Below are positions 10,050 to 20,162 of a stretch of 64,000 bases of DNA, piece after piece. The position numbers and the translations under genes were made by a program. The stretch spans positions 72,725-136,724 of the forward strand of contig CAWGEC010000012.1 of NCBI GenBank assembly GCA_963821535.1. The letters are read 5' to 3'. The notes beneath the pieces are model-generated. The model saw only the letters and a list, made by a program, of their open reading frames with translations. It did no database searches and had not been told where the DNA came from. Position 1 is the stretch's first letter. Every line of letters starts with the position of its first letter. Origin of the DNA: an uncultured Actinomycetes bacterium. Lineage in GTDB: Bacteria > Actinomycetota > Thermoleophilia > Gaiellales > JAICJC01.

Positions 10050-11184
10050 CCCCTCCCCCAGCCCCCGAAGCGCGACCGTCCCCAGCAGCGCCGCCGCGGC
10101 CGCCACGCCGAACCCGACCCCCCACGACGTCGCCGCCACGATCGCGGCGAAGCCGACCGGCGTCACGACCGACGAGAGCGAGAGCGACGCCTGCTGGAGG
10201 CCGAGCGCGGCGCCCGAGCGGGCGTAGCCGGCCAGCTCGGCTGCGGCGGTGAACGAGAGGCCGTTCCAGCTCTGCGAGAGGCTGCCGGCGACGACGATCG
10301 CGGACACGAGCACGACGAGCGGCGCCGAGACGAGCACGGCGACGACCGCCGACGCGACCGCCAGTGCGATCCCGAGCCGGCGAAGCGGGCCGAGGCGCGT
10401 GCCGACGCGGTCCGACCATCGCCCCGCGACGAGCCTGAGCGCGGCGCCGATCACCTGGACGACCGCCAGCATCGCGGCGGCGACCTGCGTCGAGACGCCG
10501 CGGTCGGAGTGCAGGAAGAGGACCGCGAACCCGATCAGGCTGCCGAGCGCGACGTAGAGCAGCCCGCTGGCCCAGCAGAGCGCCAGATGCGCGGGTCGGC
10601 GAGCGGCGGGCGCTCCGAGCCGCCCGGGGCGGGCGGCCGCTCGGGATCGCGCAGCCACAGCGCGCCGGCCGCCGCCGCGGCGAGGAGTGCGCCCGCCAGC
10701 ACCGCGAGCGCCGCGCGCAGGCCGCTCACGCTGAGACACACCGGCAGGACGAGCGCCGCGATCGCCCCGCCGAGCGGCACCCCGGTCTGGCGGATGCCGA
10801 GCGCGAGCCCGCGCTGCGACGGCGCGAACCAGCCCATGACGGCCCGCCCGCTCGCCGCCTGGACGCACGCGCCCAGCGCCGCCGGCTGCGAAGAGCGCGA
10901 CCGAGAGCGCGACGACGCCGTTCGCAAGGGCGGCGGCAACGACCGCGACCGAGGCGGAGCCGAGCCCGGCCGCGATCACCGCCCGCTCGCCGACCCGGTC
11001 GGCCAGCATCCCCCACGGCAGCACCGTCGCCAAGACGCCGAGGTTGACGCTCGCGAGGACGACGCCGACGCCCTCGAGGCTCAGGTCGAAGTGCGACTGG
11101 AGCTCCGGCGCCAGCACCGGGAGCCCCAGGAAAAGCGCGGCGAAGCTCGTCTGGACGCCGACCCCGGTCGCGAGGATCGTCCAC
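10047..11184 (-). pseudogene. MFS transporter, two to three frame changes
   Basis: ORF 10047..11117 carries N- and C-terminal MFS helices. The middle (ACVQAASGRAVMGWFAPSQRGLALGIRQTGVPLGGAIAAL...) is in ORF 10535..10939. Switches lie near 10880 and 10590. The in-frame N-terminal extension TILATGVGVQTSFAALFLGLP has no start codon unless the GTG at 11184 is followed by a further 1-nt indel. Confidence 0.65.
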
Positions 11185-11220
11185 CGGTACGGGTCGCTGG
11201 AGCCCGCCGTGTCCGCGGCG

Positions 11221-11777
11221 CTACTCCGGCAGGTAGCGAGGCTCGGCGAAGACCCGCCTCACCATCGGCTCGAAGAACTCGACCGGCAGCGACTCGTACG
11301 CCGGGTCGAAGCAGTTCTGGTCGTAGCGCTCGCAGAACTCGGCGCACGCGTCGAAGTACGGGCTTGAGCGGAACTGCTCGCGCGCGTTCGGGTCGGCGTC
11401 ATAGTGCTCGGCGTAGTAGTAGGACTGGAAGACGCCGTGGTGGGCGACGATCCAGCAGATCTCCTCCGAGACGTACGGCCGCAGGATCGCCCCGACCATC
11501 TCGCTGTGCGTGTGCGGCGCAAGCTCGTCGCCGATGTCGTGCAGGAGCGCGGCGACCACGTACTCCTCGCTCTTGCCGTCGCGGTGCGCCCGGCTCGCGG
11601 ACTGGAGCGAGTGCTCGTACCGGGTCACCTGGTAGCCGACAAGCGACTGCTTCAGCGCGTCGAGGGAGGCCAGGAGTCGGTCGGGGAGCCTGGCCGAGTA
11701 CTCGGCCTCGTAGCGCGCCAGGAGCTCGTAGTCCTCGCGCGTTCCGTCGGCCATGCGGGTGAACGAGACCGTCTCCA
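11221..11777 (-). CDS. HD-domain metal-dependent hydrolase/oxygenase (PhnZ/MIOX-like HD family)
   Basis: Intact. VAALLHDIGDELAPHTHSEMVGAILRPYVSEEICWIVAHHGVFQ has the HD...H...HH ligand pattern. The start is taken as the GTG at 11777 (VETVSFTRMADG); the ATG at 11753 is an alternative. Confidence 0.7.
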
Positions 11778-11821
11778 CGGGCAACAGACTACCCGGCCCG
11801 CCCTGTAGAGTCTGCCAGGGG

Positions 11822-13590
11822 ATGAGGGGGACTCGGACCGTTCTGCTGTTCGGCCTCGCGGCCGGCGTCGCGCTGCTCGCCGCGAGCTCCGTGCCCGCGG
11901 CCACCAACCTGATCGCGAACGGCGGCTTCGAGGGCTCGGGGAGCGGATCCCTCTCGGGCTGGGCCGCGAGCGGCGGGGCGCTCTCCCTGGTCGCCGGATC
12001 CGGCGGCGGGCACGCGGGCCGGGTGACGCCGGCGAACGGGGCATCGCAGTCGTACGCCTACACCTCGTCGAAGCCTGCGAAGTCGATCGTCTCGGGCACC
12101 GCCTACACGCTGGCGGGCTCGGTTCGGAGCGACCGGGCCGGTACGTCGGTGTGCCTGAAGATCAAGGAGGTGCCGAGCGGGGGCTCGTCGACCGTCGGGT
12201 CGGCGCAGCAGTGCGTCACGGCGACCTCCGCGTGGCAGCAGTTCCCCGAGCGTCGCCTACACGGCGAAGACGAACGGCGACTCGCTTACCGTGAACGTCG
12301 TCGAGTCGTCCCCGCCGGCCGGCGCGACCTTCGACATCGACGACCTCAGCCTCACCACTGGGCCAGCCGACACGACCGCCCCGAGCGTGCCGCAGAACGT
12401 GGCCGCGTCGGCGACGGGCGCGAGCTCGGCACACGTGTCGTGGGACGCCGCGCACGACGACGTGGGCGTCGCGGGCTACGACGTCTTCCGCGACGGCGCC
12501 AAGGTCAAGACCGTGAACGGCACGACGACCACGTTCGATGACACCGCGCTCGCGCCGCAGACCTCCTATTCGTACACGGTCGACGCGTTCGACGGAGCGG
12601 GCAATACGTCGGGCCTGTCGGGCGCCGCCAACGTGACGACGCCGCCCGGCTCCGGCGGGGGCGGCGGAGGGTCGGGCCCGTGCGGCCTCGTTCCGCCCAG
12701 CACCCGGCCGTACTCACATGTGGTCGTCATCATGGAGGAGAACCTGACCGTCCAGGCGTGGCAGGCGGCGTCCGAGGCGACCTACACCCATCACCTGGCC
12801 GACGACTGCCGGTTCGAGTCGAACGCCGCCGGCGAGACGCATCCCAGCTTCCCCAACTACCTGGCCGTCGCGAGCGGCACGTTCGAGGTGTGCCTGGCGT
12901 GCTCGTCGGCCGCCGACAACATCTTCCACCAGCTCGGCACGGTCGGCCTCACGTGGAAGGGCTACAACCAGTCGATGCCCAAGAACTGCTCGGCGCAACA
13001 CGAGCTCCGTCCCCTACTACCGAAGCGGCCACAACCCGGCCTTCTGGTTCACGAACCTCGGCGCGGCGTCGAAGGGCGGCGACGGCTCGTGTGCCACCAA
13101 CGACGTCCCGCTCGACCCGGCGCTCTGGAACGACATCGCCGCCGACCGCCTGCCGAGCTTCTCGTGGGTGACGCCCGACGACTGCCGCGACATGCACTGG
13201 ATGAACGGGCCGTGCGAGACCGTGACGGGCAAGACGAAGGCCGACCGCATCCGCGTCGGCGACCAGTACGTCCAGTCGGTGGTCTCGGCCATCGAGGCCA
13301 CGCCCAGCTACCAGGCCGGGGACACGCTCATCGTCGTGACGTGGGACGAGTCGAACGAGCTCTCGGTCAAGGACAAGGGCAACTGGGGGATCGACTGCTC
13401 GAACCCGACGGTCTACGCCACCAACAAGGCGACCTGCCAGGTGATCACGATCCTCGTCTCGGCGCGCCTGCCCGCCGGCCCATACACCGCGTTCACGAGC
13501 CACTACGCCCTCACCGCCGCGATCGAGCAGACGCTCGGGCTCCCGCTCCTCGGCGGCGCCCGCACGGCCACCCCCGCTCCGATCTACTAG
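11822..13590 (+). pseudogene. secreted CBM4_9 - FN3 - phosphoesterase (PLC/AcpA-like) protein, two frame changes
   Basis: The signal peptide is MRGTRTVLLFGLAAGVALLAASSVPAA. The CBM4_9-like module is NLIANGGFEGSG...DIDDLSL and the FN3 module is APSVPQNV...SYSYTVDAFDGAGNTS. The catalytic domain is a paralog of 2757.. (HVVVIMEENLT, GETHPSFPNYLAV, NPAFWF, LPSFSWVTPDDCRDMHW, IVVTWDE, ILVSAR). Switches lie near 12250 and 12995. Confidence 0.8.
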
Positions 13591-13714
13591 ACGGCGTTCG
13601 ACCCGCTGGACGGGGTTGATAGACTCGACGGCCCCGACCCGGAGGCCCGCCGTGTCCGCCCGACTCCCCGTGGCGAAGATGTTCCCCGAGAATTCGCCGT
13701 CCGACGGCGGCCGC

Positions 13715-14133
13715 ATGAGCCGCGCGTGGCTGGACGTGCTCGTGGACGTACCGCTCCTGACCGGGCTCTCGCGCCGCAACCTCGGCAAGGTCGCCGCCCT
13801 CGGGCGCACGAAGCGGTTCCCCGCGCGGACATCCATCGTCACCGCGGGGACGAACGCGACGCCTTCTACGTGATCCTCGACGGGCGCGCGACCGTCCGCG
13901 CCGGGCAGCGCCGCATCCCGCTCGTCACGGGCGACTACTTCGGCGAGATGGCGCTCCTCGACGGCGGCGTCCGGTCGGCGTCGGTGGTCGCCGACACCGA
14001 GATGCTGGTGATGGCGATCCCGCGCAAGGGGTTCCTGAAGCTGCTCGAGTCCGAGCCCAAGATCGCGATTTCGATCATGGGCACGCTCGCCAATCGGGTG
14101 CGCTCGATGCAGGCGACCTCCTCCAGCGTCTGA
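13715..14133 (+). pseudogene. cyclic-nucleotide-binding domain protein, one frame change
   Basis: MSRAWLDVLVDVPLLTGLSRRNLGKVAALGRTKRFPARTSIVTAG (frame of 13616..13873) continues as DERDAFYVILDGRATV...GDYFGEMALLDGGVRSASVVA (13726..14133). A 1-nt loss in a G run lies near 13855. The start codon is uncertain (13679 and 13652 are alternatives). Confidence 0.7.
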
Positions 14134-14153
14134 GCGGCGTGCAGGGCGACCCA

Positions 14154-14352
14154 GATGATTGATTCCACACCCCCGCACGCCTGGACGTCCATTCGTCGTG
14201 GATCGGCGTTTTGTGGTGGGGCTGCGGCTGCGAACCTTCTCCTCGCGGTGTCCTCGGTCGGGCCAATATCACTCGATATTGGCCCTCCCTGCGTCCTAGC
14301 GAGGCTCGGTTCTCGCCGCCCAGGACATCACGGGGGTGTGGAATCAATCATC
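14154..14352 (+). mobile_element. MITE-like element, copy A (199 bp, 22-bp terminal inverted repeats)
   Basis: GATGATTGATTCCACACCCCCG ... CGGGGGTGTGGAATCAATCATC. There is an internal AT-rich hairpin at 14260-14285. It is homologous over its full length, in inverted orientation, to 18927-19128. No transposase ORF. Confidence 0.8.
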
Positions 14353-14354
14353 TA

Positions 14355-15432
14355 GCATCGCGCCTCGACGCCGGCGTTACGCTGCCGTTCTCGTGGTTCG
14401 CCGACCCCGAGATCTTCCGTGCGGAGCAGGAGCGCGTCTTCGCCCGCTCGTGGCAGTACGCGGTGCCGACGGCGTGGGTGTCGGAGCCCGGCGAGTACGC
14501 GACCTGCCACGCCGGGCTCGTCCCCATCGTCGTCGTGCGCGACCACGACGGACAGCCTGAACGGCTTCGTGAACATCTGCCGCCATCGCGCGACCGAGGT
14601 GGCTCAGGGACGCGGCAAGCGCGAGACGCTCCAGTGCCCCTACCACGCGTGGACATACGGGCTCGACGGCGGCCTGCGCGCCGCGCCGCAGGTCTGACCG
14701 CGAGGCCGGGTTCGATCCCGCCGAGCTGTGCCTCCTGCGGGTCGCCGTCGACACCTGGGGCCCGTTCGTCTTCGTGAACCGCGACGTCGAGGCGCGCGCC
14801 GCTCGCCGAGGTGCTCGGCGAGCTGCCCGACGCGCCTGAGCGCGGCGGGGATCGACCTCGGCGGCCTCCACTTCCGCGAACGCAGCGAGTGGGAGCTCGC
14901 GGCCAACTGGAAGGCGGTCGTCGAGAACTACCTCGAGTGCTACCACTGCCCGACGGCCCACCCCGGGTTCTCGAAGCTGATCGACGTCGATCCCGACGCG
15001 TACAGGCTCGAGTCGGGCGAGTGGTTCTCGAGCCAGATCGGCCGCGTCCGCGCATCGGTCGCGGACGGCAACGGCTCGGCGCCGTACCGGCTCGACGGCA
15101 GGAGCCACGAGGCCCACTTCCACTACGTGTGGCCGACGTTCACGATCAACGTCCTGCCCGGGCCGGCGAACCTGACCGCCTTCTTCTTCGTCCCGCTCGA
15201 CGCGGGCCGCACGATGACGATCGCCGACGCGTTCTACGGCGACGACGCCACCGAGGACGACATCCGGGCGATGGAGGAGTTCGGGACGCAGGTCGGCCTC
15301 GAGGACCAGGCCCTGGTCGAGTCGATTCAGCGCGCGGCCCGCTCGGGAGGTCTCACGGAAGGGCGGCTGCTGCTCGAGAGCGAGCACCTGATCCAGCACT
15401 TCCAGCGGCTCGTCGAGCGGGCACTGCGCTGA
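14355..15432 (+). pseudogene. Rieske [2Fe-2S] aromatic-ring-hydroxylating oxygenase alpha subunit (GbcA/Stc2-like), four frame changes and no usable start codon
   Basis: LPFSWFADPEIFRAEQERVFARSWQY... / LNGFVNICRHRATEV...LQCPYHAWTY (Rieske CxH...CxxH) / REAGFDPAELCLLRVAVDTWGPFVFVNRD / PLAEVLGELPDA / AAGIDLGGLHF...NYLECYHCPTAHPGF... All four switches are +1 shifts, near 14553, 14690, 14790 and 14835. The reading frame abuts the MITE with no ATG or GTG between 14352 and the conserved N-terminus. Confidence 0.75.
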
Positions 15433-15436
15433 GTCC

Positions 15437-15640
15437 CTAAACGGGTGTGACCTCGGCGGCTTCGGGGCCCTTCTGGCCCTGGCGCGCCTCATACGAGACC
15501 TTCGCGCCCTCGGCGAGCGTCTTGAAGCCCGTACCGACGATCGCGCTGTGATGCACGAAGAGGTCCTTGCCACCCTCGTCGGGTTGGATAAAGCCGTAGC
15601 CCTTGGCGTCGTTGAACCACTTGACGGTTCCGGTTGCCAT
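15437..15640 (-). CDS. cspA: cold-shock protein, CspA family
   Basis: [34 protein letters not shown] carries the RNP1 (KGYGFI) and RNP2 (VFVHH-like) motifs. About 110 nt of upstream untranslated region precedes the next gene. Confidence 0.9.
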   Translation of the reverse strand: MATGTVKWFNDAKGYGFIQPDEGGKDLFVHHSAIVGTGFKTLAEGAKVSYEARQGQKGPEAAEVTPV

Positions 15641-15750
15641 GATCGACACCTCCTTCCTGAAATACGCGAGAACGGGTCAGGAAGGCAAGTGCGCGCAACC
15701 AAACGGACGTCCCTTGAACGGGCGGACGGTAGCAGGATGTTGCGAGGGAC

Positions 15751-17263
15751 TCAAGCAGCGCGGCGCACGACCGGAACCGACATCCGGATGCGCGTCCCGC
15801 GTCCCGGCCCGGACTCGATCGCAAGGTCGCCGCCGGCGAGCCGGAGCCGCTCCGCAAGCGCGTCCAATCCGAAGTGCAGTCGCACGCGGTCGAGTGCGCG
15901 GACCTGCTCGACGTCGAACCCGACGCCGTCATCGGCCACCTCGCACTCGATGACGCCCCGGCGCTCGACGACCGACACGTCGACGCGCGAGGCGCCGGCG
16001 TGCTTGCGCGCATTCGTGAGCGCCTCCCGCACCGCCCGGAAGACCAGCGTCTCGGTCGTCTCGTCGTACCGGTGAAGGTGCGTCCTGCACGGCCACCTCG
16101 AACCCCGCGCCGGCGGCGACCTCGTCCGCGAGCACGCGGACCGCGCGGCCGACCCCGTGCATCTCGAGCGTCGGCGGGCGCAGCTCGAAGCTCAGCCGGC
16201 GGGTGCGCTCGGTCGCCTCGGCGAGCGTCGCCCGCGCTGCGGTGGCTGCGGCTACCGCCCGCGTGATGTCGCCCGCGGCGGCCGCACGAACCATGCGATC
16301 GAGCGCAAACAGGGTGGCCGTCATCACCTGGATCGAGTCGTCGTGAAGCTCTCCGGCGATCCGGTGGCGCTCCTCCTCCTCGGCCGCGACCATCGCCGCG
16401 AGCACGTTCATGCGCTGCCGTTCGCGCTCGTGCAGAAGCCCCTCCGCGGTCCTGCGGTCGGTGACGTCGGCGACGACGCCCTGGACGATCGACGGCCCGC
16501 CGTCGGCCGGAACCGCGGCGGCGGTCTCCCGGAGCCATCGCGTCTCGCCGTCGGCCCGGATCATCCGGTACTCGTCGACGTAGTCGCCTCCGTCCTTCAC
16601 GAACCGGTCGTGCCGGTCGACGGCCGCGTCACGGTCGTCCGGGTGAATGCACTCCTTCCAGAAGTCGGGCTCGGCCGCCCATCGCTCTCGCGGGTATCCC
16701 AGCATGTGCTCGATCTGCGGCCCCAGGAAGTCGGTGCGGCCGTCCCCTTGCTGGACATACGCGGCCACCGGGAGCTGCTCGATCAGCGAGCGGTAGCGCC
16801 GCTCCGCTTCGGTCCGGGCCTGCTCCGCCTCCACCTGGGCCGTGACGTCGATGGCAACGCCCTCGCGGCGGACCACGTTCCCGGAGTCGTCACGGACGAC
16901 CGCCTCGTACTCCGAGAGCCAGACATCCCGTCCGTCGGCGGCGATCATGCGGTAGTGGCCGTTGTGCGGGAGCCCACCCCTGATTGCCGCCCGCCACTCC
17001 TCCATGACCCCGTCGCGGTCGTCGGGGTGCAGCAACCGCCGCCACATTCCGTCGGGGTCGGCCTCCCAGTCGGCCCTCGGGTAGCCGTAGAGGGCCCACT
17101 CCGGGCGGCTCGTGAACACGGTGCGACCCTCGGCGTCCGTCTCGTAGATGATCGCCGGCAGGTGCTCGATCAGGCGCTCGAAGCGCGCCTCGGACGCCGA
17201 CAGCGCGGCGGGCGGCCGCCCCGCGTCGACCGCGAGCCGAGTGTCGTGCGCTGCCCCTGACAC
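15751..17263 (-). pseudogene. PAS-PAS sensor histidine kinase (HisKA_3/NarL-partner type), one frame change
   Basis: It has two PAS repeats (IYETDAEGRTVFTS..., YRMIRADGETRWL), a HisKA_3 H-box ERHRIAGELHDDSIQ, then HLHRYDETTETLVFRAVREALTNARKHAGA...DDGVGF in the frame of 15751..16032. The switch lies near 16085. No response regulator is adjacent. Confidence 0.75.
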
Positions 17264-17278
17264 GTCGGACGGAGTGTG

Positions 17279-17845
17279 TCACAGGGCTCGCCGCGCCGCA
17301 CGTTCGTGCGCCGACTCCGGCACTCCGAAGCGGCTTGCGATCTCCGCCAGGGCGGCGCGCCGCTGGCGGCGCATCGCCAGCACGGCCGCCGCCTCCCACG
17401 CGAGCGTGGCCGGCGTCGGCATCTGGCGCGTCCGCACGTAGGTGCACCGAATCCCGTGCCGCGGGTACACCCCGCCGAAGTGGTAGCGCACGCGTGCGAG
17501 GTGCAGCGTCCCGCAGACGACCGTGACCTCGCGCACACCGCGCTCGAGGAAGTGCGGGAGCGACCGGGACATGTTCTCGGCGGTGATCGTGGCGCTGGTC
17601 TCGACCACGAGGTCGACGTCGCCGGGCCCGTCCCACGCCGCGAGCATCTGCTCCGCCTCGCTGGCGCCGCCCACCGGCGACCATCCGGTGAACACGACAA
17701 CGCGCGGCGTCCGCGCCTCGGCCAGGCGGGCCGCCGCGCGCACGCCCGCGAGCGCGCGGGCGCCGATCCGGTAGCTGCCGTCGGCATTCAGGCCGCCGCT
17801 GCCGGGGACGACGATCCCCCATGCCGGTGCCTCGCCCTTGGTCAT
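17279..17845 (-). CDS. DUF218 (YdcF/ElyC-like) domain protein
   Basis: MTKGEAPAWGIVVPGSGGLNADG...VVFTGWSPVGGASEAEQM...ETSATITAENM. The ATGA overlaps the upstream GT2 gene. Confidence 0.65.
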   Translation of the reverse strand: MTKGEAPAWGIVVPGSGGLNADGSYRIGARALAGVRAAARLAEARTPRVVVFTGWSPVGGASEAEQMLAAWDGPGDVDLVVETSATITAENMSRSLPHFLERGVREVTVVCGTLHLARVRYHFGGVYPRHGIRCTYVRTRQMPTPATLAWEAAAVLAMRRQRRAALAEIASRFGVPESAHERAARRAL

Positions 17846-18561
17846 CGCCGCCGCCCGAGGAGGCGCCAGCCGACGAGCAGCGTGCCCGCCACCGTGAGGA
17901 CGAGCCCCACCGCCTTGCGGCCCTGGAGCTTCGACTCGCCCTCGAGCCTCGGCCGCATCTCGACCGGCATCTCCGTCAACCGAAGCCCGGCATCGCTCAC
18001 CCGCAGGAGCGCCTCCACCTCGGGCGCTCCGCTCGTGTACGGGCGGGACAGAAGCTCGGTCGCAACGGCTCCGACGGCCCACATGCCGCTCATCGGGTCG
18101 TGAAACGGCCGCCGCAGCACGGTGCCGACCGCGCGCCGCGCGACCGCGGTCCCGAGCCGGCGGACGCCCTCCAGCCGGTATCGATGGGCCGCGTGATCCT
18201 CGCCCGTGAGGTATCTCGAACCGACGGCCACGTCGCAGCTGCCCGAGCGCACCTCCGCGATCAGGCGCCCGAGCTCCGCGGCCGGATGCTGGCCGTCTGC
18301 GTCGACCCGGCCGCAGACGGCGTACCCGCGGGCGTGGGCGTGGGCGTAGCCGGCCGCGATGGCGGCGCGCAGCCCGCGATTCTCGGGGAAGCTCTCGACC
18401 TCGGCGCCGTGCTCGCGCGCCACGGTCGCCGTCGCGTCGGTCGACCCGTCGTCGACGACGAACACGTCGGCCTCTGGCAGCTCCTGCGCAAGCTCGTCGA
18501 GAACCGCGGGGAGGCTGGCCTCCTCATTCCACGCCGGGACGAAGACGACAAGGTCGGACAT
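17842..18561 (-). CDS. family 2 glycosyltransferase (DPM1/polyprenol-phosphate glycosyltransferase-like)
   Basis: Intact 239 aa. VVFVPAWNEEASLPAVL...VFVVDDGSTDAT...DADGQH has the GT-A DxD features, with a C-terminal TM helix. Confidence 0.8.
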   Translation of the reverse strand: MSDLVVFVPAWNEEASLPAVLDELAQELPEADVFVVDDGSTDATATVAREHGAEVESFPENRGLRAAIAAGYAHAHARGYAVCGRVDADGQHPAAELGRLIAEVRSGSCDVAVGSRYLTGEDHAAHRYRLEGVRRLGTAVARRAVGTVLRRPFHDPMSGMWAVGAVATELLSRPYTSGAPEVEALLRVSDAGLRLTEMPVEMRPRLEGESKLQGRKAVGLVLTVAGTLLVGWRLLGRRR

Positions 18562-18580
18562 CGTCCGGATGGTAGGTGGT

Positions 18581-18910
18581 CTAGATCCGGCGCACCGTCA
18601 CAGCGGTGCCGTAGGCCGCGACCTCGCTCATGATGTCGGCGATCTCGTTGCAGTCGAAGCGCATCGCGAGCACGGCGTTGGCGCCCTTCTCGCGTGCCGC
18701 CTCCTTGAGCCGCTCGACGGCCTCGTTTCGGCTGTCGGCGAGGAGCGTCGTATAGCCCTTCGCCTCGCCGCCGAACACCGTGCGGAACCCCGCGCCGATG
18801 TTCGAGAACACGTTCCGGGCGCGCACGATGAGGCCGAAGACCTCGCCGTACACCTGGGTGACCTCGTAGCCGGGCAGGTCGTTCGTGGTGGTGATGACGA
18901 TGTCGTCCAT
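18581..18910 (-). CDS. YbjQ/UPF0145 family protein
   Basis: MDDIVITTTNDLPGYEVTQVYGEVFGLIVRARNVFSNIGAGFRTVFGGE... (109 aa). The longer ORF-track version (to 19069) reads into the MITE and is not credible. Confidence 0.8.
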   Translation of the reverse strand: MDDIVITTTNDLPGYEVTQVYGEVFGLIVRARNVFSNIGAGFRTVFGGEAKGYTTLLADSRNEAVERLKEAAREKGANAVLAMRFDCNEIADIMSEVAAYGTAVTVRRI

Positions 18911-18926
18911 GCGGGCGAGCGTACTC

Positions 18927-19128
18927 GATGATCGATTCCCAATGCCCGTGATGTCCTGGGCGGCGAGAACCGAGGAGCGCAAGGACGCAGGGAGCGCCGA
19001 TATTGGTTGAAATATCGGCGCGACCGAGGACGCGGCGATGCGAACGGTTCGCAGCCGCAGCCCCACCACCGTCGACCATCAGTCCCCGGACGGACGTCCA
19101 GGCGCGCGGGAGTTGGGAATCGATCATC
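18927..19128 (-). mobile_element. MITE-like element, copy B (202 bp), inverted relative to copy A
   Basis: GATGATCGATTCCCAATGCCCG ... CGGGAGTTGGGAATCGATCATC. It aligns end to end with the reverse complement of 14154-14352 (roughly three quarters identity by eye). Internal hairpin at 18994-19021. Confidence 0.8.
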
Positions 19129-19154
19129 GGACATCACGGATACTTCGCCGATTG

Positions 19155-19773
19155 ATGGTCGATGCCGCTGTCGAGGAGTTCGTCCGGACGGGCCTGCCTC
19201 CGCCGCCGGCACGGGTGCTCGAGGTCGGCGCCGGAAGCGGCGAGCTCGCCGCGCCTGCTCGCCGGTCTCGGGTACGACGTCGTGGCGATCGACCCGGCCG
19301 GCGAGGGCGACGTGCTCCCGATCGCGCTCCTCGACCTCGACGAGCCGGATGCCTCGTTCGACGCCGCGGTCGCCGTCGTCTCGCTTCACCACGTCGAGCC
19401 GTTCGAGGACTCGTGCCGGAGGCTGGCGGCGGTCGTGCGCCCGGGCGGAACGCTCGTCGTCGACGAGTTCGACGTCGACCGCATGGACGAGCCCTCGGCC
19501 GCGTGGCTCCTCGACCGCTGGCGCGAGACGGGGCAGGAGCGCGACCGGGACCCGGCCGACATGGTCGCCGAGCTCCGGGCTCACCTGCATCCGCTCGACC
19601 GGATCCGCGCAGCCCTGGGCGAGTGGTTCGAGCTCGGCCCGGTGGCGCGCGCGAGCTACCTCTACCGCTGGTATCTCGGCGAGGAGCACCGGGCGCCCGA
19701 GGAGGAGCTGATCGCTGCCGGCGTGCTCCCCGAGCTCGGAGCGCGGTTCACGGGCCGCCGGCGAGACGCGTGA
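19155..19773 (+). pseudogene. class I SAM-dependent methyltransferase, one frame change
   Basis: MVDAAVEEFVRTGLPPPPARVLEVGAGSGELAA (motif I, frame 0) continues as RLLAGLGYDVVAIDPAG...VVSLHHV...RPGGTLVVDEF (ORF 19162..19773). A +1 insertion lies near 19250. Confidence 0.7.
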
Positions 19774-20156
19774 TGCGCATCTTTCGGATCGCGATCCAGG
19801 CGCGCCGGATCGACGCGGCCCGCGCGTTCTACGAGAGCGTGCTGGGGATCCCCGCCGACGACACCGTCCCCAGCCGGATCTACTTCCACTGCGGGGACGT
19901 GATCCTCGCGGTGCTCGATCGCAGGCCGGAGCACGGCGTGCCCTTCCACCCGACTCCCGACAACCTGTACCTCGCGACCGGCGAGCTCGACGCCGTGCAT
20001 GCCCGGGCGCTCGCCGCGGGTGCGCGCGACGTCTCGCCGGTGGAGGTGCAGCCCTGGGGGGAGAGGTCGTTCTACTGCCTCGACCTCGACGGCAACCGGC
20101 TCTGCTTCGTCGACGAGACGACGCTCTTCCTGGGCCGCGGCGCGGACTGGTCATAG
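19773..20156 (+). CDS. VOC (glyoxalase/bleomycin-resistance) family protein
   Basis: MRIFRIAIQARRIDAARAFYESVLG...QPWGERSFYCLDLDGNRLCFVD. The TGATG overlaps the preceding gene. Confidence 0.7.
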   Translation: MRIFRIAIQARRIDAARAFYESVLGIPADDTVPSRIYFHCGDVILAVLDRRPEHGVPFHPTPDNLYLATGELDAVHARALAAGARDVSPVEVQPWGERSFYCLDLDGNRLCFVDETTLFLGRGADWS

Positions 20157-20162
20157 CTCGGC

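Noticed and set aside
18581-19069. 162-aa version of the YbjQ ORF, and the MITE-internal ORFs 14155..14355 and 14075..14347.
   Set aside because: The N-terminal extensions are encoded by the MITE itself (MIDSxxPxAWTS...ESII appears in both copies because of the shared repeat). They carry no protein-family signal.
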